The position numbers were made by a program, and so were the translations under genes. The notes under the pieces were generated by a model. It saw only the letters and a list, made by a program, of their open reading frames with translations, was not told the origin of the DNA and did no database searches. From NCBI GenBank assembly GCA_031414595.1, contig JANNVX010000064.1, forward strand, positions 9,283-73,282: a stretch of DNA of 64,000 nucleotides, in the 5' to 3' direction. The first letter of the stretch is position 1, and each line of letters opens with the position of its first letter. Of this stretch, positions 44,975 through 54,777 are shown in pieces. The DNA is from Deinococcales bacterium. GTDB taxonomy: Bacteria; Deinococcota; Deinococci; Deinococcales; JAAFIG01.

Positions 44975-46344
44975 GGGCGTACAAACCTCCCGTCCCCCGC
45001 TACACCAATCACTGCACCATCAAGAAAAACTGTTTTTCCATGCACAATCGTGCGCTTGACTTGCCCTTGAAAGATTTTGCCATCAAAAAAGTAATCGTTG
45101 GCTCGAGCTTGACTAAATTCTTTATTTTTGTCCACGACAGTTTGGGCGTTTAAGTCCACCAAGATTAAATCTGCGTCGGCACTGGGTTGCACCGCCCCTT
45201 TTTGTGGGTAAATCCCAAAACGTTTTGCGCCAGCGCTGGACATCAGTTCAACCGCTTTCTCGAGACTGATTTTTTGGTTTCCTACGGCATCCAGCAACAT
45301 TGGTACAAGTTGTTCTACCCCTGGTGCGCCGGGTGGAGCAAGCCAAATATCGGTTTTGGCGCGTTCTTTTTCTTCAACCGTAAATGGCGAGTGGTCGGTA
45401 GTCACACTTTGCAGTGTGCCGTCCTGAATACCTTCCCAGAGCGCAGCATTATCCTCGAGTGTCCGCAAGGGCGGGTTAATTTTGGCGTAACTGCCGTACT
45501 GCTTAAGCTCTGCCTCGGTAAAAAGCAAATACTGTGGACAGGTCTCGCCACTGATGTCTTGTCCAGCTTTTTGCCATTTTCGTAACGTCTCGAGGGCATG
45601 TTTTGAAGTCACATGGGCAATATGAAGTTTTGCGCCAATCAAGTCGTTCATCGTGGCAATTTTGGCAATGGCTAACGCCTCCACCAAGGCTGGACGAGAT
45701 TCACCGTGAGTGGCTGCATCGTTGCGTCCTGTGCTTCTGACTTTGGCGCTGTAATACTCGAGGAGTGGGTTACTTTCGGCATGAACCACAAGGGTTAGTC
45801 CAGTATGGCGCACCAATTCTAAGCACTCGAGTTGCTGCCATTCTTCGGGGATACACAGCCCATCAAATTCATCTTCGCGCCCTAGAACGGCTGCTGTGGT
45901 AAAAATCTTAAAGCCAATTGCACCCGCCTCCACCATCCCTTGAACAAATTCGGGTTTGAGCATTCCGGGTGCGCCGTACAGCGCAAAATTGACCACGGCT
46001 TCGCGTTCGGCTTGGATTCGTCTCGAGGTCAGGATTTCTGGTGTAGCACAACACGGCTTGGAAATCGGCATTTCAAAAACCGTGGTTACTCCACCCGCCG
46101 CAGCCGCTCGGGTTTCCGTAGTCCATGTGCCACGTTCTGGGTAGGCTGGAGCGCGAACATGAAAATGAATATCTACCGCGCCGGGCAGTAAATGTAAGCC
46201 AGTCGCATCTATAATTTCTTTGGCTTCGGCAGTCGTGTTCGGCTCGAGCAGTGCCGCAATTTTACCGTTCTCGAGGGCAACATCTAGGCGTTTGGTGGCT
46301 TGGGGTGTAACAACTACTGCACCGCGAATGAGGGTATCAAACAT
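44971..46344 (-). CDS. Dihydroorotase/allantoinase-like cyclic amidohydrolase
   Basis: PGAVDIHFH, AAAGGVTT, VHAE, AHVT, KINPPLR and TDHSP. Confidence 0.9.
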   Translation of the reverse strand: MFDTLIRGAVVVTPQATKRLDVALENGKIAALLEPNTTAEAKEIIDATGLHLLPGAVDIHFHVRAPAYPERGTWTTETRAAAAGGVTTVFEMPISKPCCATPEILTSRRIQAEREAVVNFALYGAPGMLKPEFVQGMVEAGAIGFKIFTTAAVLGREDEFDGLCIPEEWQQLECLELVRHTGLTLVVHAESNPLLEYYSAKVRSTGRNDAATHGESRPALVEALAIAKIATMNDLIGAKLHIAHVTSKHALETLRKWQKAGQDISGETCPQYLLFTEAELKQYGSYAKINPPLRTLEDNAALWEGIQDGTLQSVTTDHSPFTVEEKERAKTDIWLAPPGAPGVEQLVPMLLDAVGNQKISLEKAVELMSSAGAKRFGIYPQKGAVQPSADADLILVDLNAQTVVDKNKEFSQARANDYFFDGKIFQGQVKRTIVHGKTVFLDGAVIGVAGDGRFVRP

Positions 46345-47500
46345 GGTCTTCCCCACTTAAATGCTGTTTTAGAAAACCGTTCAGGACTGCAAAACACTGC
46401 TCGAGTTGACTGATTTCGACATATTCATCAAATGAATGTGCCACTTCATAACTGCCGGGTCCAAAAATCACCATATCGCCCCGAACCAAGTTCATTAAGT
46501 GTTTGGCATCAGAACCGGGCAAGTAGCCAATTGGCTCGAGCGGTGTTTGGGTGGCTTGGCTCGAATACTGTAAAAAGGCTTTGCCCAAAGGGGTTTCCAA
46601 CCGCGATTCAAACCAACTTGAGTATTGAAATTCACTGATTTTAGCCGTGGCTGGCGAAAGGTCGGTCATTGCCACGACTTGCTCGAGTTCGTGTTGGACA
46701 GTCTTGGGGTTTTCACCCGGAATCATGCGTCGGTCTAGCCGTATCAGACATTGGTCTGCCACCGCGTTGGCGGTGCTGCCACCCTGAATCACCCCGATGT
46801 TGCAAGTCGGAACGCCAACCAAAGGATGCAAATGTTCGGTCAAACGATAATGGTACGCCTCAAGTGCCAAGACAAGCCTTGCCATGGCGTTAATCGCGTT
46901 AATCCCACGACTTGGGTTGGTGGCATGGACGCTATGCCCCTGTGTAGTGATGGTGGCACGCATTACGCCCTTGTGAGCCGTCGCAACACGGTTGGCGGTT
47001 TGTTCACCGACCACAATCAAATCGCAAATTGGTAAATGCCCAGATTCGGCTAACCAGCGCGTCCCCATTTGTCCACCCATCTCTTCGTCGGCTGCCGCCA
47101 CCAAAACCAGTGTACCAAGGGGTTTTCCTCGAGATGCTTGGTGTTTCATGGTCAACATCATCGCCGCAAGCGGGGCTTTATCGTCCACACTGCCTTTACC
47201 ATAAATTCGTCCATTTTGCTCGAGTGCAACAAAAGGGTCAGACGACCATCGTTCGCCTTCGGTTTCTGCCACGGGTACAGTATCCGAATGGGCATGGAGC
47301 ATCACCACTGGCTCACCTTGTCCGATGGTTGCCACGACACTCTGTATTTGCGGATGCTCGATTGGCGCAAGCACCTGCACTGTTGCCCCAATCTGCTCGA
47401 GCCAAGCGGCAATAAAACCCGAGATGGCGCTGTTATCGCCAGGAGGATTGACCGAAGGAATGGCAATCAGGTTTTTAAGTAAATCAACCAATTCATGCAC
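46337..47500 (-). CDS. M20 family (ArgE/DapE-like) amidohydrolase
   Basis: HAHSDTVP, GKGSVDDK, ADEE and GPG...AHSFDEY. Confidence 0.9.
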   Translation of the reverse strand: MHELVDLLKNLIAIPSVNPPGDNSAISGFIAAWLEQIGATVQVLAPIEHPQIQSVVATIGQGEPVVMLHAHSDTVPVAETEGERWSSDPFVALEQNGRIYGKGSVDDKAPLAAMMLTMKHQASRGKPLGTLVLVAAADEEMGGQMGTRWLAESGHLPICDLIVVGEQTANRVATAHKGVMRATITTQGHSVHATNPSRGINAINAMARLVLALEAYHYRLTEHLHPLVGVPTCNIGVIQGGSTANAVADQCLIRLDRRMIPGENPKTVQHELEQVVAMTDLSPATAKISEFQYSSWFESRLETPLGKAFLQYSSQATQTPLEPIGYLPGSDAKHLMNLVRGDMVIFGPGSYEVAHSFDEYVEISQLEQCFAVLNGFLKQHLSGEDHV

Positions 47501-47534
47501 CGTGTCTCACCACCTTGTCTCGAGTTTGGCTTCT

Positions 47535-48515
47535 TCACGTCAATATCCCTTGAACCTCGGCAAAGAAACAACACCAATCGCCGACGGTTACATTGGGTAA
47601 GGCTCGTAAACCAAAAATTCTGCCATCGGCTGGGGCGGTTAAAGTCTCTTGTAAATCGCCGTAAACATCGTAAATTCGGGCAATCACATCGCCTTTTTTC
47701 ATCGTTTTTTTGAATTCGGCTGACTCATCGGCTAGAAATAAACCACTGCATGGTGCAAGCAGCGCATGTTGCACACCTGTATAACGTGGCTCGGCGTATC
47801 TGGCTTGCCCGTCCAGCATCTTGTAATGACGCATCACGTTCAGGGCAGCATCCGCCAAGACCCGTCCAACTCGAGCAAAATCTTTTGGGCTGGTGGCACT
47901 TCGCCCACCGAGTTCAACTGTAATTCCCGTCTTACCGACCTCGAGCATCGAAGCCATTGGATTACCTTTGGGCAAAAAGGCTTTCAGGGCTAAGTCCCAA
48001 CCCTCACCCATTGCCTTGGCGAGTTCCTGAGATTTTGCGTCCTCGGTGGCAAAAATTGTCTCAGACAAATACGAATGCGCTCCGCCCGAATGGATGCTCA
48101 GTTCTAAATCCGCTACCTTGATCATCCACAGGCTATGTTCATAACAAATCCGTTCCGAAAAATACCCGTTCGGCTTACCAGGGTAAATTCGGTTCATGTC
48201 GTAGCTGAACGTATCGAGCGGATTACCTCGAGAGGCGGCTTCAAAGGCTGGCACATTGATGACTGGCACAAGCACCAACGACCCGTGCAACTCGGCGGGA
48301 TTGACTTCACGGCGCAGGATATGGCACATCAAAGGACCTTCGGGTTCATCGCCATGAATTGCGCCATCTACCCACAAGCAAGGACCATCATGTGCGCCGT
48401 TAATCACCACCACGGGAATCTCGAGTGGTGTCCCACCCGCCAGTTTAGAGACGGGGATTGCACCAAGTGCCACGCTATTTGGCTCGGCTTTGGCTGTTCC
48501 AACTGTAATTGTCAT
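47535..48515 (-). CDS. AstE/aspartoacylase family (M14-like) deacylase
   Basis: GAIHGDE, DMNR.YPG, SIHSGG and C-terminal biotinyl-like domain. Confidence 0.88.
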   Translation of the reverse strand: MTITVGTAKAEPNSVALGAIPVSKLAGGTPLEIPVVVINGAHDGPCLWVDGAIHGDEPEGPLMCHILRREVNPAELHGSLVLVPVINVPAFEAASRGNPLDTFSYDMNRIYPGKPNGYFSERICYEHSLWMIKVADLELSIHSGGAHSYLSETIFATEDAKSQELAKAMGEGWDLALKAFLPKGNPMASMLEVGKTGITVELGGRSATSPKDFARVGRVLADAALNVMRHYKMLDGQARYAEPRYTGVQHALLAPCSGLFLADESAEFKKTMKKGDVIARIYDVYGDLQETLTAPADGRIFGLRALPNVTVGDWCCFFAEVQGILT

Positions 48516-48560
48516 GGTTCTCCTCAAATGAAATAGACTTGAAAACAGATTGCTCGAGGT

Positions 48561-48584
48561 GGGCGAGGCATACCTCGCCCCTAC
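48561..48584 (-). repeat. GTAG-type REP
   Basis: Minus strand GTAG-GGGCGAGG-TATG-CCTCGCCC; same family as 41817. Confidence 0.8.
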
Positions 48585-48613
48585 GGTGGATGACTCATTT
48601 TTTTGCTGTCCTT

Positions 48614-48648
48614 CTAAAAGCTAGAAGCTAGTGACTAGCAGCTAGAAG
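48614..48648. repeat. Heptamer tandem repeat CTAGAAG-like
   Basis: ctaaaag ctagaag ctagtga ctagcag ctagaag. Confidence 0.7.
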
Positions 48649-48653
48649 CCAAA

Positions 48654-49127
48654 TCAAATCCCTTGTACTTTTTGGTACTGCTCGAGTTCTTCTGGGGTAT
48701 AAACCTGCATAAATTCGATTTCGATACCACCCGCGTCGTTGTCTAAAAATGCGACGTAACCTTCTGGGTGCGGGTGCGAACCATACACATCACACGCTTT
48801 ACAAATGCGTAAACTTGCGCCGTGGGCTTGAGCATGTTCGAGAGCAGCTTTTATATCGCTGACTTCATAGCAAATATGATGCAGTCCTTCGGCGTTCCGT
48901 TCGGCAATCCAGGCTGCGAAACGTCCGTCGGCATCCATGCTTTCGCAAAGTTGATACTCGATGTTACCAAGGTTAAACAGCGCCACGCGATTGCGTGATT
49001 TTTGGTACTCGAGAATTGGCGTGTCGGCTGGCACATCCAAGAATCTCGAGTAGGTCTCGAGGGCTTTTTTGGCATCACGCACTGCAAACGCCATGTGCTT
49101 AATAGATTTAACTTCTGGGTTTGTCAT
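48654..49127 (-). CDS. VOC family protein (methylmalonyl-CoA epimerase-like)
   Basis: HMAFAV, EGLHHICYEV and IEIEF metal-ligand pattern. Confidence 0.85.
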   Translation of the reverse strand: MTNPEVKSIKHMAFAVRDAKKALETYSRFLDVPADTPILEYQKSRNRVALFNLGNIEYQLCESMDADGRFAAWIAERNAEGLHHICYEVSDIKAALEHAQAHGASLRICKACDVYGSHPHPEGYVAFLDNDAGGIEIEFMQVYTPEELEQYQKVQGI

Positions 49128-50302
49128 GCTTCCCCTTTTAACTTTGGTAGGGCTTTAGCAATTCGTTCCGCCGCTTCTTCTAATTTTTGAATTGGTTGCA
49201 ATAATGAAATACGAATAAAATCATCGCTGTGGTCGCCAAATAACGAACCGGGGAAAATCATCACTTTGGCTTCCTCGAGTAAGCGCACACAAAAATTTCC
49301 AGCCCCTAAACCTGTGCTGCTGATATTGGTGTACAAATAAAATGCACCTTGAGGTTGTCCATAAGTCAGCCCTAAATTATCCAGTACCTTGCGAAAATAA
49401 GTGCGTCTCGAGGCAAAAATTTGGCGGTACTCGAGAACACAATCTTGCGAACCCCGCAACGCCGCCAATGCTGCATGTTGCGAAACCGCAGGGGCGCAAA
49501 TTGTTAAACCATGATGAATTTCATTCATTGGAATCACCAATTCTCGAGGGGCAGCAAAATAACCAATGCGCCAACCCGTCATGGCGTAGGCTTTAGAAAA
49601 ACCATTAACGGTGATGGTGCGTTCCTTCATGTTTGGTAGGCTGGCAAAACTGGTCACGGATGAACCGTCATAAACGAGGCGTTCGTAAATTTCATCGGAA
49701 ATGACAATTAAGTTAAATTCGATAGCTAAAGCCGCCAGTTTCTCAATTTCTGTTCTTGGCGTGACTGCTCCAGTCGGATTACTTGGGTTCATCAAACACA
49801 AAATTCTCGAGCGAGGCGTGATTTTTGCCCGAACCGCTTCGGCAGTCAATGCAAAATTATCTTTTTGGAAGGTTGGCACAGTCACAACCACGCCCCCCGC
49901 CAATTCAACCGCTTGATTGTAAGAAGTGTAACCCGGAGAAGTCAGCAGTACCTCGTCACCAGCATTTAGAAGCGCCAGCATACTGACATAAATACCTTCT
50001 TGCGCTCCTGCCGTGACCACAATTTCATCTGCGGTATAGTGCAAAGAATTTTCTGTCTCGAGCTTATGGCAAATGGCTTGACGCAACTCGAGCAAGCCTT
50101 GCGGTGCAGTGTAATGGGTTGCCCCAGCCGCCAATGCCTTCTGTCCCGCCTCGATGATATGAATTGGCGTAGGCAAATCTGGGTCGCCACGCCCAAGCGC
50201 AATCACACCGTCCAGCTTAGCGGCAATGCCCAGCATCTTGGTGCGAATAGATTCATCTTGATGAATAATCCGGTCCGCAATTTGGTAACGCATGGTACTC
50301 AC
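49124..50302 (-). CDS. PLP-dependent class I/II aminotransferase (paralog of 41843..43036)
   Basis: GRGDPD, NPSNPTG, SDEIYE and NGFSKAYAMTGWRIGY. GTG 50302 follows AAGGAG. Confidence 0.95.
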   Translation of the reverse strand: MSTMRYQIADRIIHQDESIRTKMLGIAAKLDGVIALGRGDPDLPTPIHIIEAGQKALAAGATHYTAPQGLLELRQAICHKLETENSLHYTADEIVVTAGAQEGIYVSMLALLNAGDEVLLTSPGYTSYNQAVELAGGVVVTVPTFQKDNFALTAEAVRAKITPRSRILCLMNPSNPTGAVTPRTEIEKLAALAIEFNLIVISDEIYERLVYDGSSVTSFASLPNMKERTITVNGFSKAYAMTGWRIGYFAAPRELVIPMNEIHHGLTICAPAVSQHAALAALRGSQDCVLEYRQIFASRRTYFRKVLDNLGLTYGQPQGAFYLYTNISSTGLGAGNFCVRLLEEAKVMIFPGSLFGDHSDDFIRISLLQPIQKLEEAAERIAKALPKLKGEA

Positions 50303-50348
50303 AAAATCTCCTTTGGTTGACTGCTGCACACAAGAACGTGAATTCCGA

Positions 50349-50463
50349 CGAACTCCCCCTCGCTTCGCTCGACCCCTCCATGAGGGGTGCTAAGGTCAAG
50401 GTCTGGCACTTTGCCCCCCTCATGGAGGGGGAAACTCGAGCGAAGCGCGAGTGGGGGAGTTCG
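50349..50463. repeat. 115-bp nested palindromic element
   Basis: Nested pairs cgaactccccc/gggggagttcg, cgcttcgctcga/tcgagcgaagcg and cccctccatgagggg/cccctcatggagggg. Confidence 0.88.
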
Positions 50464-50538
50464 TGACCAATTGCGTTTTGCCAAGATACTTTGAGGCTGT
50501 TTTGTCTCGAGTTTTTATCTCGAGACACGGCGTTTGAT

Positions 50539-52371
50539 TTAGCGCTTTACATAAGCTGTGTCTAAGAAATTAAAGAGTTCGCCAATGTAACCGTTGGCGG
50601 TGCTTTGGAATGCGCCCATTGGGTCTTTGAGTTGGTCTTGGGTGTTGCCAACGCGGTTTTTATAGGCAACATGTAAGCCTCGAGTGTACAAGTAGACCAA
50701 AGGTAGGTTCTCGGCAGCCACTTTTTGAAATTGGTCGTAGATTTGTTTGCGAGCAGCCGTGTCCAGTGTCGAAAGCCCTTGGGTAACCAGTTTATCCAAG
50801 AGGATTTCAAAGGATTCTGGTTTTTCGGGTTTGCTCTGCCCAGCACGGTTTAAGTTCCAGATATGCGCCACACCGTTTAAGTTGTACAAGTTACGGCGGG
50901 TCGGTGGGTCAGAAACACCACCAAAATCGGTGAACGACAAATCAAAGTTGCGAGTGCCATCTGGGTTAAAGTTGCGAAGCGCTGGGTTAATCACACTGCC
51001 ATTGTCTGCCACGGTAAAACTGGCATCAATACCAACTTTTTTCATGTCTTCGATGATGATTGGCGCAGCCACTTTTTGTAGGGCTTCGGTCGAGACCACC
51101 AAGGCGTTCATTTTGATGGCTTCGCCTTTGCTGTTGACCAAAAAGCCACTCGAGTTTTTGCGGGTAAAACCAAGTTCACGCAGCAAGGTAGCAGCTCGAG
51201 TCGGGTTGTAACTAAATTTGCTGCTGCCTTCGACAAATAAACTGTCGTTGTACCATTTGGTGTTACCGCTCGAGATAGGTCCGTACAATGGTTTGCCCAG
51301 TCCGCCCAATCCGACTTTGACAATTGTTTCACGGTCTACAAGGTGCGATAAGGCACGGCGGAATTTTGCATTGCGGCAGAGGGTGGCTTTGAACGGGTCT
51401 TTGTTTTGGAAGTTGCAAAAAATCGTCGAGGTCACAGCCGTTTGGGTGATGTTGATTTTCAGTTCGCCATCCAAACGTCCACTGCTGATGGCTTGGCGGA
51501 CTCCTTGCACCTCGTCTATGGTCAGTGGTTGGAAAACATCTTGTTGCCCAGCAATAAAACCAGCCAGACGTGCGTTGGTATCGGCAAAGTTCTTAGCGAT
51601 AATGCGGTCTAAGTACGGTAATTTATTGCCTTTTTCGTCTACGCCCCAATAATCGGGGTTGCGGCGCAAGGTCATTTCTTCACCCGGTTTATAGGACTCA
51701 ACCAAGAAAGGTCCTGCCCCAACGATGTTTTTAGGGTCGGTGCTGACATTGTACGCGCCTTGGACAGCCGCTTCGCCGCGTTCGGCAAGGGGTTGCCAAA
51801 TGTGCTTAGGCACAATAGACCAGTCAGCTAAGTCAAGGAAGGCTGCATCGGTGATGTTTAAGGTCATGCGAACCGTGTCTGCATCTACTTTCGTCCATTT
51901 AATTTCTTTGCCCGCTTGGGTAAAATCTGAGCGCTGTCTCGAGTTGATTTTGACGTTGCTGTGCAACTCGGCGCTGTAAATGATGTCATCGGCGGTCAGC
52001 GCTCTGCCATCTGACCATTTGATGCCTGTGCGGATATTAAAGTTTACATCCAAACCGCGCTGCGTTACACTGGTACAAACATAGCATTCGTTCTGACCTG
52101 TGGCAGCATTAAACTGTACCAACTGCGGAAACCAGAGGTACTGAATAAAGGTGTCCGAAAGCGACTGCACCGTAAACGGATTAAAAGTTGGTGGCAAACC
52201 AACCAAGCCGTAAGTCAGTGTTCCGCCTTTAACGGCTGTACCATCACCGCCAAAACGTGCTGTGCGAACCAAAGCCTGCGAGGACTGTTGGGCTTGTCCC
52301 TGAATCGAAACCACTGCTGCTGCAACCACCAGCGCAGCCCCGAGCCAACTGAGTTTTGAGCGAACGTTCAT
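50539..52371 (-). CDS. Peptide ABC substrate-binding protein (SBP family 5)
   Basis: GGTLTY, TFNP, WSDGRALTADDIIYS, GAGPF and RNPDYW. ATG 52371 follows GGAGGA. Confidence 0.92.
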   Translation of the reverse strand: MNVRSKLSWLGAALVVAAAVVSIQGQAQQSSQALVRTARFGGDGTAVKGGTLTYGLVGLPPTFNPFTVQSLSDTFIQYLWFPQLVQFNAATGQNECYVCTSVTQRGLDVNFNIRTGIKWSDGRALTADDIIYSAELHSNVKINSRQRSDFTQAGKEIKWTKVDADTVRMTLNITDAAFLDLADWSIVPKHIWQPLAERGEAAVQGAYNVSTDPKNIVGAGPFLVESYKPGEEMTLRRNPDYWGVDEKGNKLPYLDRIIAKNFADTNARLAGFIAGQQDVFQPLTIDEVQGVRQAISSGRLDGELKINITQTAVTSTIFCNFQNKDPFKATLCRNAKFRRALSHLVDRETIVKVGLGGLGKPLYGPISSGNTKWYNDSLFVEGSSKFSYNPTRAATLLRELGFTRKNSSGFLVNSKGEAIKMNALVVSTEALQKVAAPIIIEDMKKVGIDASFTVADNGSVINPALRNFNPDGTRNFDLSFTDFGGVSDPPTRRNLYNLNGVAHIWNLNRAGQSKPEKPESFEILLDKLVTQGLSTLDTAARKQIYDQFQKVAAENLPLVYLYTRGLHVAYKNRVGNTQDQLKDPMGAFQSTANGYIGELFNFLDTAYVKR

Positions 52372-52443
52372 ACTTCCTCCTTTGAAACCAAGCACCTTGT
52401 CTTCTCGAGCCGCTAATTTAAGTTAGAAATCGTTTCAAATAGA

Positions 52444-53613
52444 TCACCGCCTTGCCTTGGGGTCAAGTGCATCACGTAAACCGTCCCCCACAAAATTAAA
52501 AGCCAGTACCGCCACGAAAATAAAGAAGCCCGGAAGTAACATCCACGGTCTCGAGGTAAAAGTCTGCATTCCGCCTTCTTGTGCCACCGCCAGCATCAAA
52601 CCCCAACTCGAGTTTGGGTCACTTATCCCAAGCCCAAGAAAACTCAGTCCAGATTCGGTCAAGATAAACCCCGGAATCAGCAGGCTAAACGAGACAATCG
52701 CAAAACTGGCAGTGGCGGGCAGAACATGCCTAAAAATAATTCGAGCATCCGCCGCCCCAAGCCCGCGAGCCGCCATCACAAAGTCTTCTTCGCGTAAGCT
52801 CAGCACCTGACCACGCACTGCTCGAGCCACAGGACCCCAACGGATTAAACCAAGAATCATCACCACCACAAAATAAACCACCCCAGACTTGGCATCCAAA
52901 GGAAATAGCGCCCGCAGTGCCAGCAGCAAAAATAAACCGGGAATGGTCGCCAATATCTCGACGATACGCATAATAAAATCATCCAACCAACCGCCATAAA
53001 AACCAGAAATTGCGCCCATCACTACACCGACAATTAGGGATAGGGTGGCAGCCATAATCCCGATGGTCAGTGTCACCCTTGCGCCAAACAGAATCCGGCT
53101 AAAGACATCGCGCCCAAGTTTATCTGCCCCCCAAACAAAAAGCGTGGCGGGTTTGTCTACCCCAAAAAGCCGTAAGGAAATTTGTGGGTCAAAACCCGAA
53201 GCATTGCGCCATGAAACTGGAATCAGGTTAATTGGAAACGGGGTGTACGGCTGCCCACTGGTCAAGAGTTTAATCGGAAAACGCTGCGTAATGTCTTCTT
53301 TGTACTCGAGTTCCAAGGTGTCCAGATTTAGGCTGCTCGAGACATTATAAACAAAGGGTAAGGTTAAGCTCTTGGTCTCGGGGTCAATCCAATGCACCTT
53401 GGTTGGCGGGGCGTAACTGCGGTCAATTGCGCCTCGAAAAAAAGATTCAGATTCGCCGTAAGGGGAAATAAAATCAGCCATTGCTGCCAGAGCATAGAAA
53501 AACCCCAGTACCCATAAACTCAGCACTGCCAAACCGTGCTTGGCAAATTGAGTCCGCACCACTTGCCCTCGAGACAAGGCTTTGACGGGCGTGTTTTCGG
53601 TTAATAAGCTCAT
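52444..53613 (-). CDS. Peptide ABC permease (OppC-like)
   Basis: WGADKLGRD, DFVMAARGLG and FNFVGDGLRDALDP. Confidence 0.92.
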   Translation of the reverse strand: MSLLTENTPVKALSRGQVVRTQFAKHGLAVLSLWVLGFFYALAAMADFISPYGESESFFRGAIDRSYAPPTKVHWIDPETKSLTLPFVYNVSSSLNLDTLELEYKEDITQRFPIKLLTSGQPYTPFPINLIPVSWRNASGFDPQISLRLFGVDKPATLFVWGADKLGRDVFSRILFGARVTLTIGIMAATLSLIVGVVMGAISGFYGGWLDDFIMRIVEILATIPGLFLLLALRALFPLDAKSGVVYFVVVMILGLIRWGPVARAVRGQVLSLREEDFVMAARGLGAADARIIFRHVLPATASFAIVSFSLLIPGFILTESGLSFLGLGISDPNSSWGLMLAVAQEGGMQTFTSRPWMLLPGFFIFVAVLAFNFVGDGLRDALDPKARR

Positions 53614-54665
53614 GCGTAGCGAATCCTAGGGTCAACAAGGGCGAGTAACAAATCCGAAAATAAATTGCCAATCATCAGTAAAATTGCCGATAAGACCAAT
53701 AAACCCATGACCACATACAAATCTTGTTGTTGAATCGCAATCACAAAACCGGGCGTGATTCCGGGCCAACGGTAGACAAACTCGACCAAACCCGCACCAG
53801 TAACCAACTCGGGCAGAATCGTGCCAAGCCCAGACACGACCGGACCAATGGCATTACGCAGCACATGCTTATAAGTCACAACCCGCTCAGATAAACCCTT
53901 GGCTCTGGCGGTGCGTACAAAATCGGCTTTTAGGAACTCGAGCATCTGACTGCGAACTACTCGCACTAGACTGGATAAACCCGAGGTGGTGACCACAATG
54001 GTTGGTAAAATCAGATGCCAAGCGCGGTCAATCATCTGCTGCCACCACGGTAAATTGTCGTAAATCTCGGTGGTTCGCATCCCGCCGACTGGGAAAATCA
54101 AACCGTTTTTGAGGTCATAGGTCAAAAACTCGAGTATCGGCTTGTACCACGCCTCCCCCTTTGCTACCTGACGCAAATCGGCTTGAAAGGCGAGGACACC
54201 GACAATCAAAAGCAGAATAAAAAAGAAATTTGGCAGTGCCAGACCCATGATGCTTAAAAAACTCACGACTTTATCGCCATTGCTGTACTGTTTTGCCGCC
54301 TGATAAATGCCAATCGGAATGGCTAAAACATAGGTCAGCACCAAAGAAATAACCACCAGACTGAGGCTATTCCAAATTAAAGGCACAATAATATCTGATA
54401 CTGGCGAGCGGTAAGTAAACGACTCCCCCAAATACCCAAGGGTCAGGATTCCCCAAATCCAACGAAAATACTGAACAATAATTGGTTGATCCAAGCCAAA
54501 ATTCTGACGCAGCCGCTCGAGTTGCCCCGCATCAGCATTTGGGTCAAGCGCAAAACGGTCGGTGAAATCACCGGGGGTCAGTTGAATAATCATAAACGCC
54601 AGAAGTGTCGCCCCGATAAAGGTCGGCACAATTTGAAGTAAACGTTTTGCCACGTATTGAATCAC
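53610..54665 (-). CDS. Peptide ABC permease (OppB-like)
   Basis: GYLGESF, DFVRTARAKG and DPRIRY. Confidence 0.92.
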   Translation of the reverse strand: MIQYVAKRLLQIVPTFIGATLLAFMIIQLTPGDFTDRFALDPNADAGQLERLRQNFGLDQPIIVQYFRWIWGILTLGYLGESFTYRSPVSDIIVPLIWNSLSLVVISLVLTYVLAIPIGIYQAAKQYSNGDKVVSFLSIMGLALPNFFFILLLIVGVLAFQADLRQVAKGEAWYKPILEFLTYDLKNGLIFPVGGMRTTEIYDNLPWWQQMIDRAWHLILPTIVVTTSGLSSLVRVVRSQMLEFLKADFVRTARAKGLSERVVTYKHVLRNAIGPVVSGLGTILPELVTGAGLVEFVYRWPGITPGFVIAIQQQDLYVVMGLLVLSAILLMIGNLFSDLLLALVDPRIRYA

Positions 54666-54678
54666 GAGTCAGAACCTC

Positions 54679-54706
54679 GGAGGAAGGAGGAAGGAGGAAG
54701 GAGGAA
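54679..54706. repeat. Heptamer tandem repeat GGAGGAA x4
   Basis: ggaggaa repeated four times in the intergenic region. Confidence 0.88.
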
Positions 54707-54777
54707 AAAAAACGAGTTGCGCTGTGCGGATGTCTCGAGGGCAGATGGGATGTGTTGAGAAATGAAAAGACTGTGAA

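Noticed and set aside
42298-49630. Nucleotide repeat shared by the two aminotransferase genes
   Set aside because: Explained by the conserved ERTITVNGFSK PLP-lysine motif in paralogs, not by a mobile repeat.
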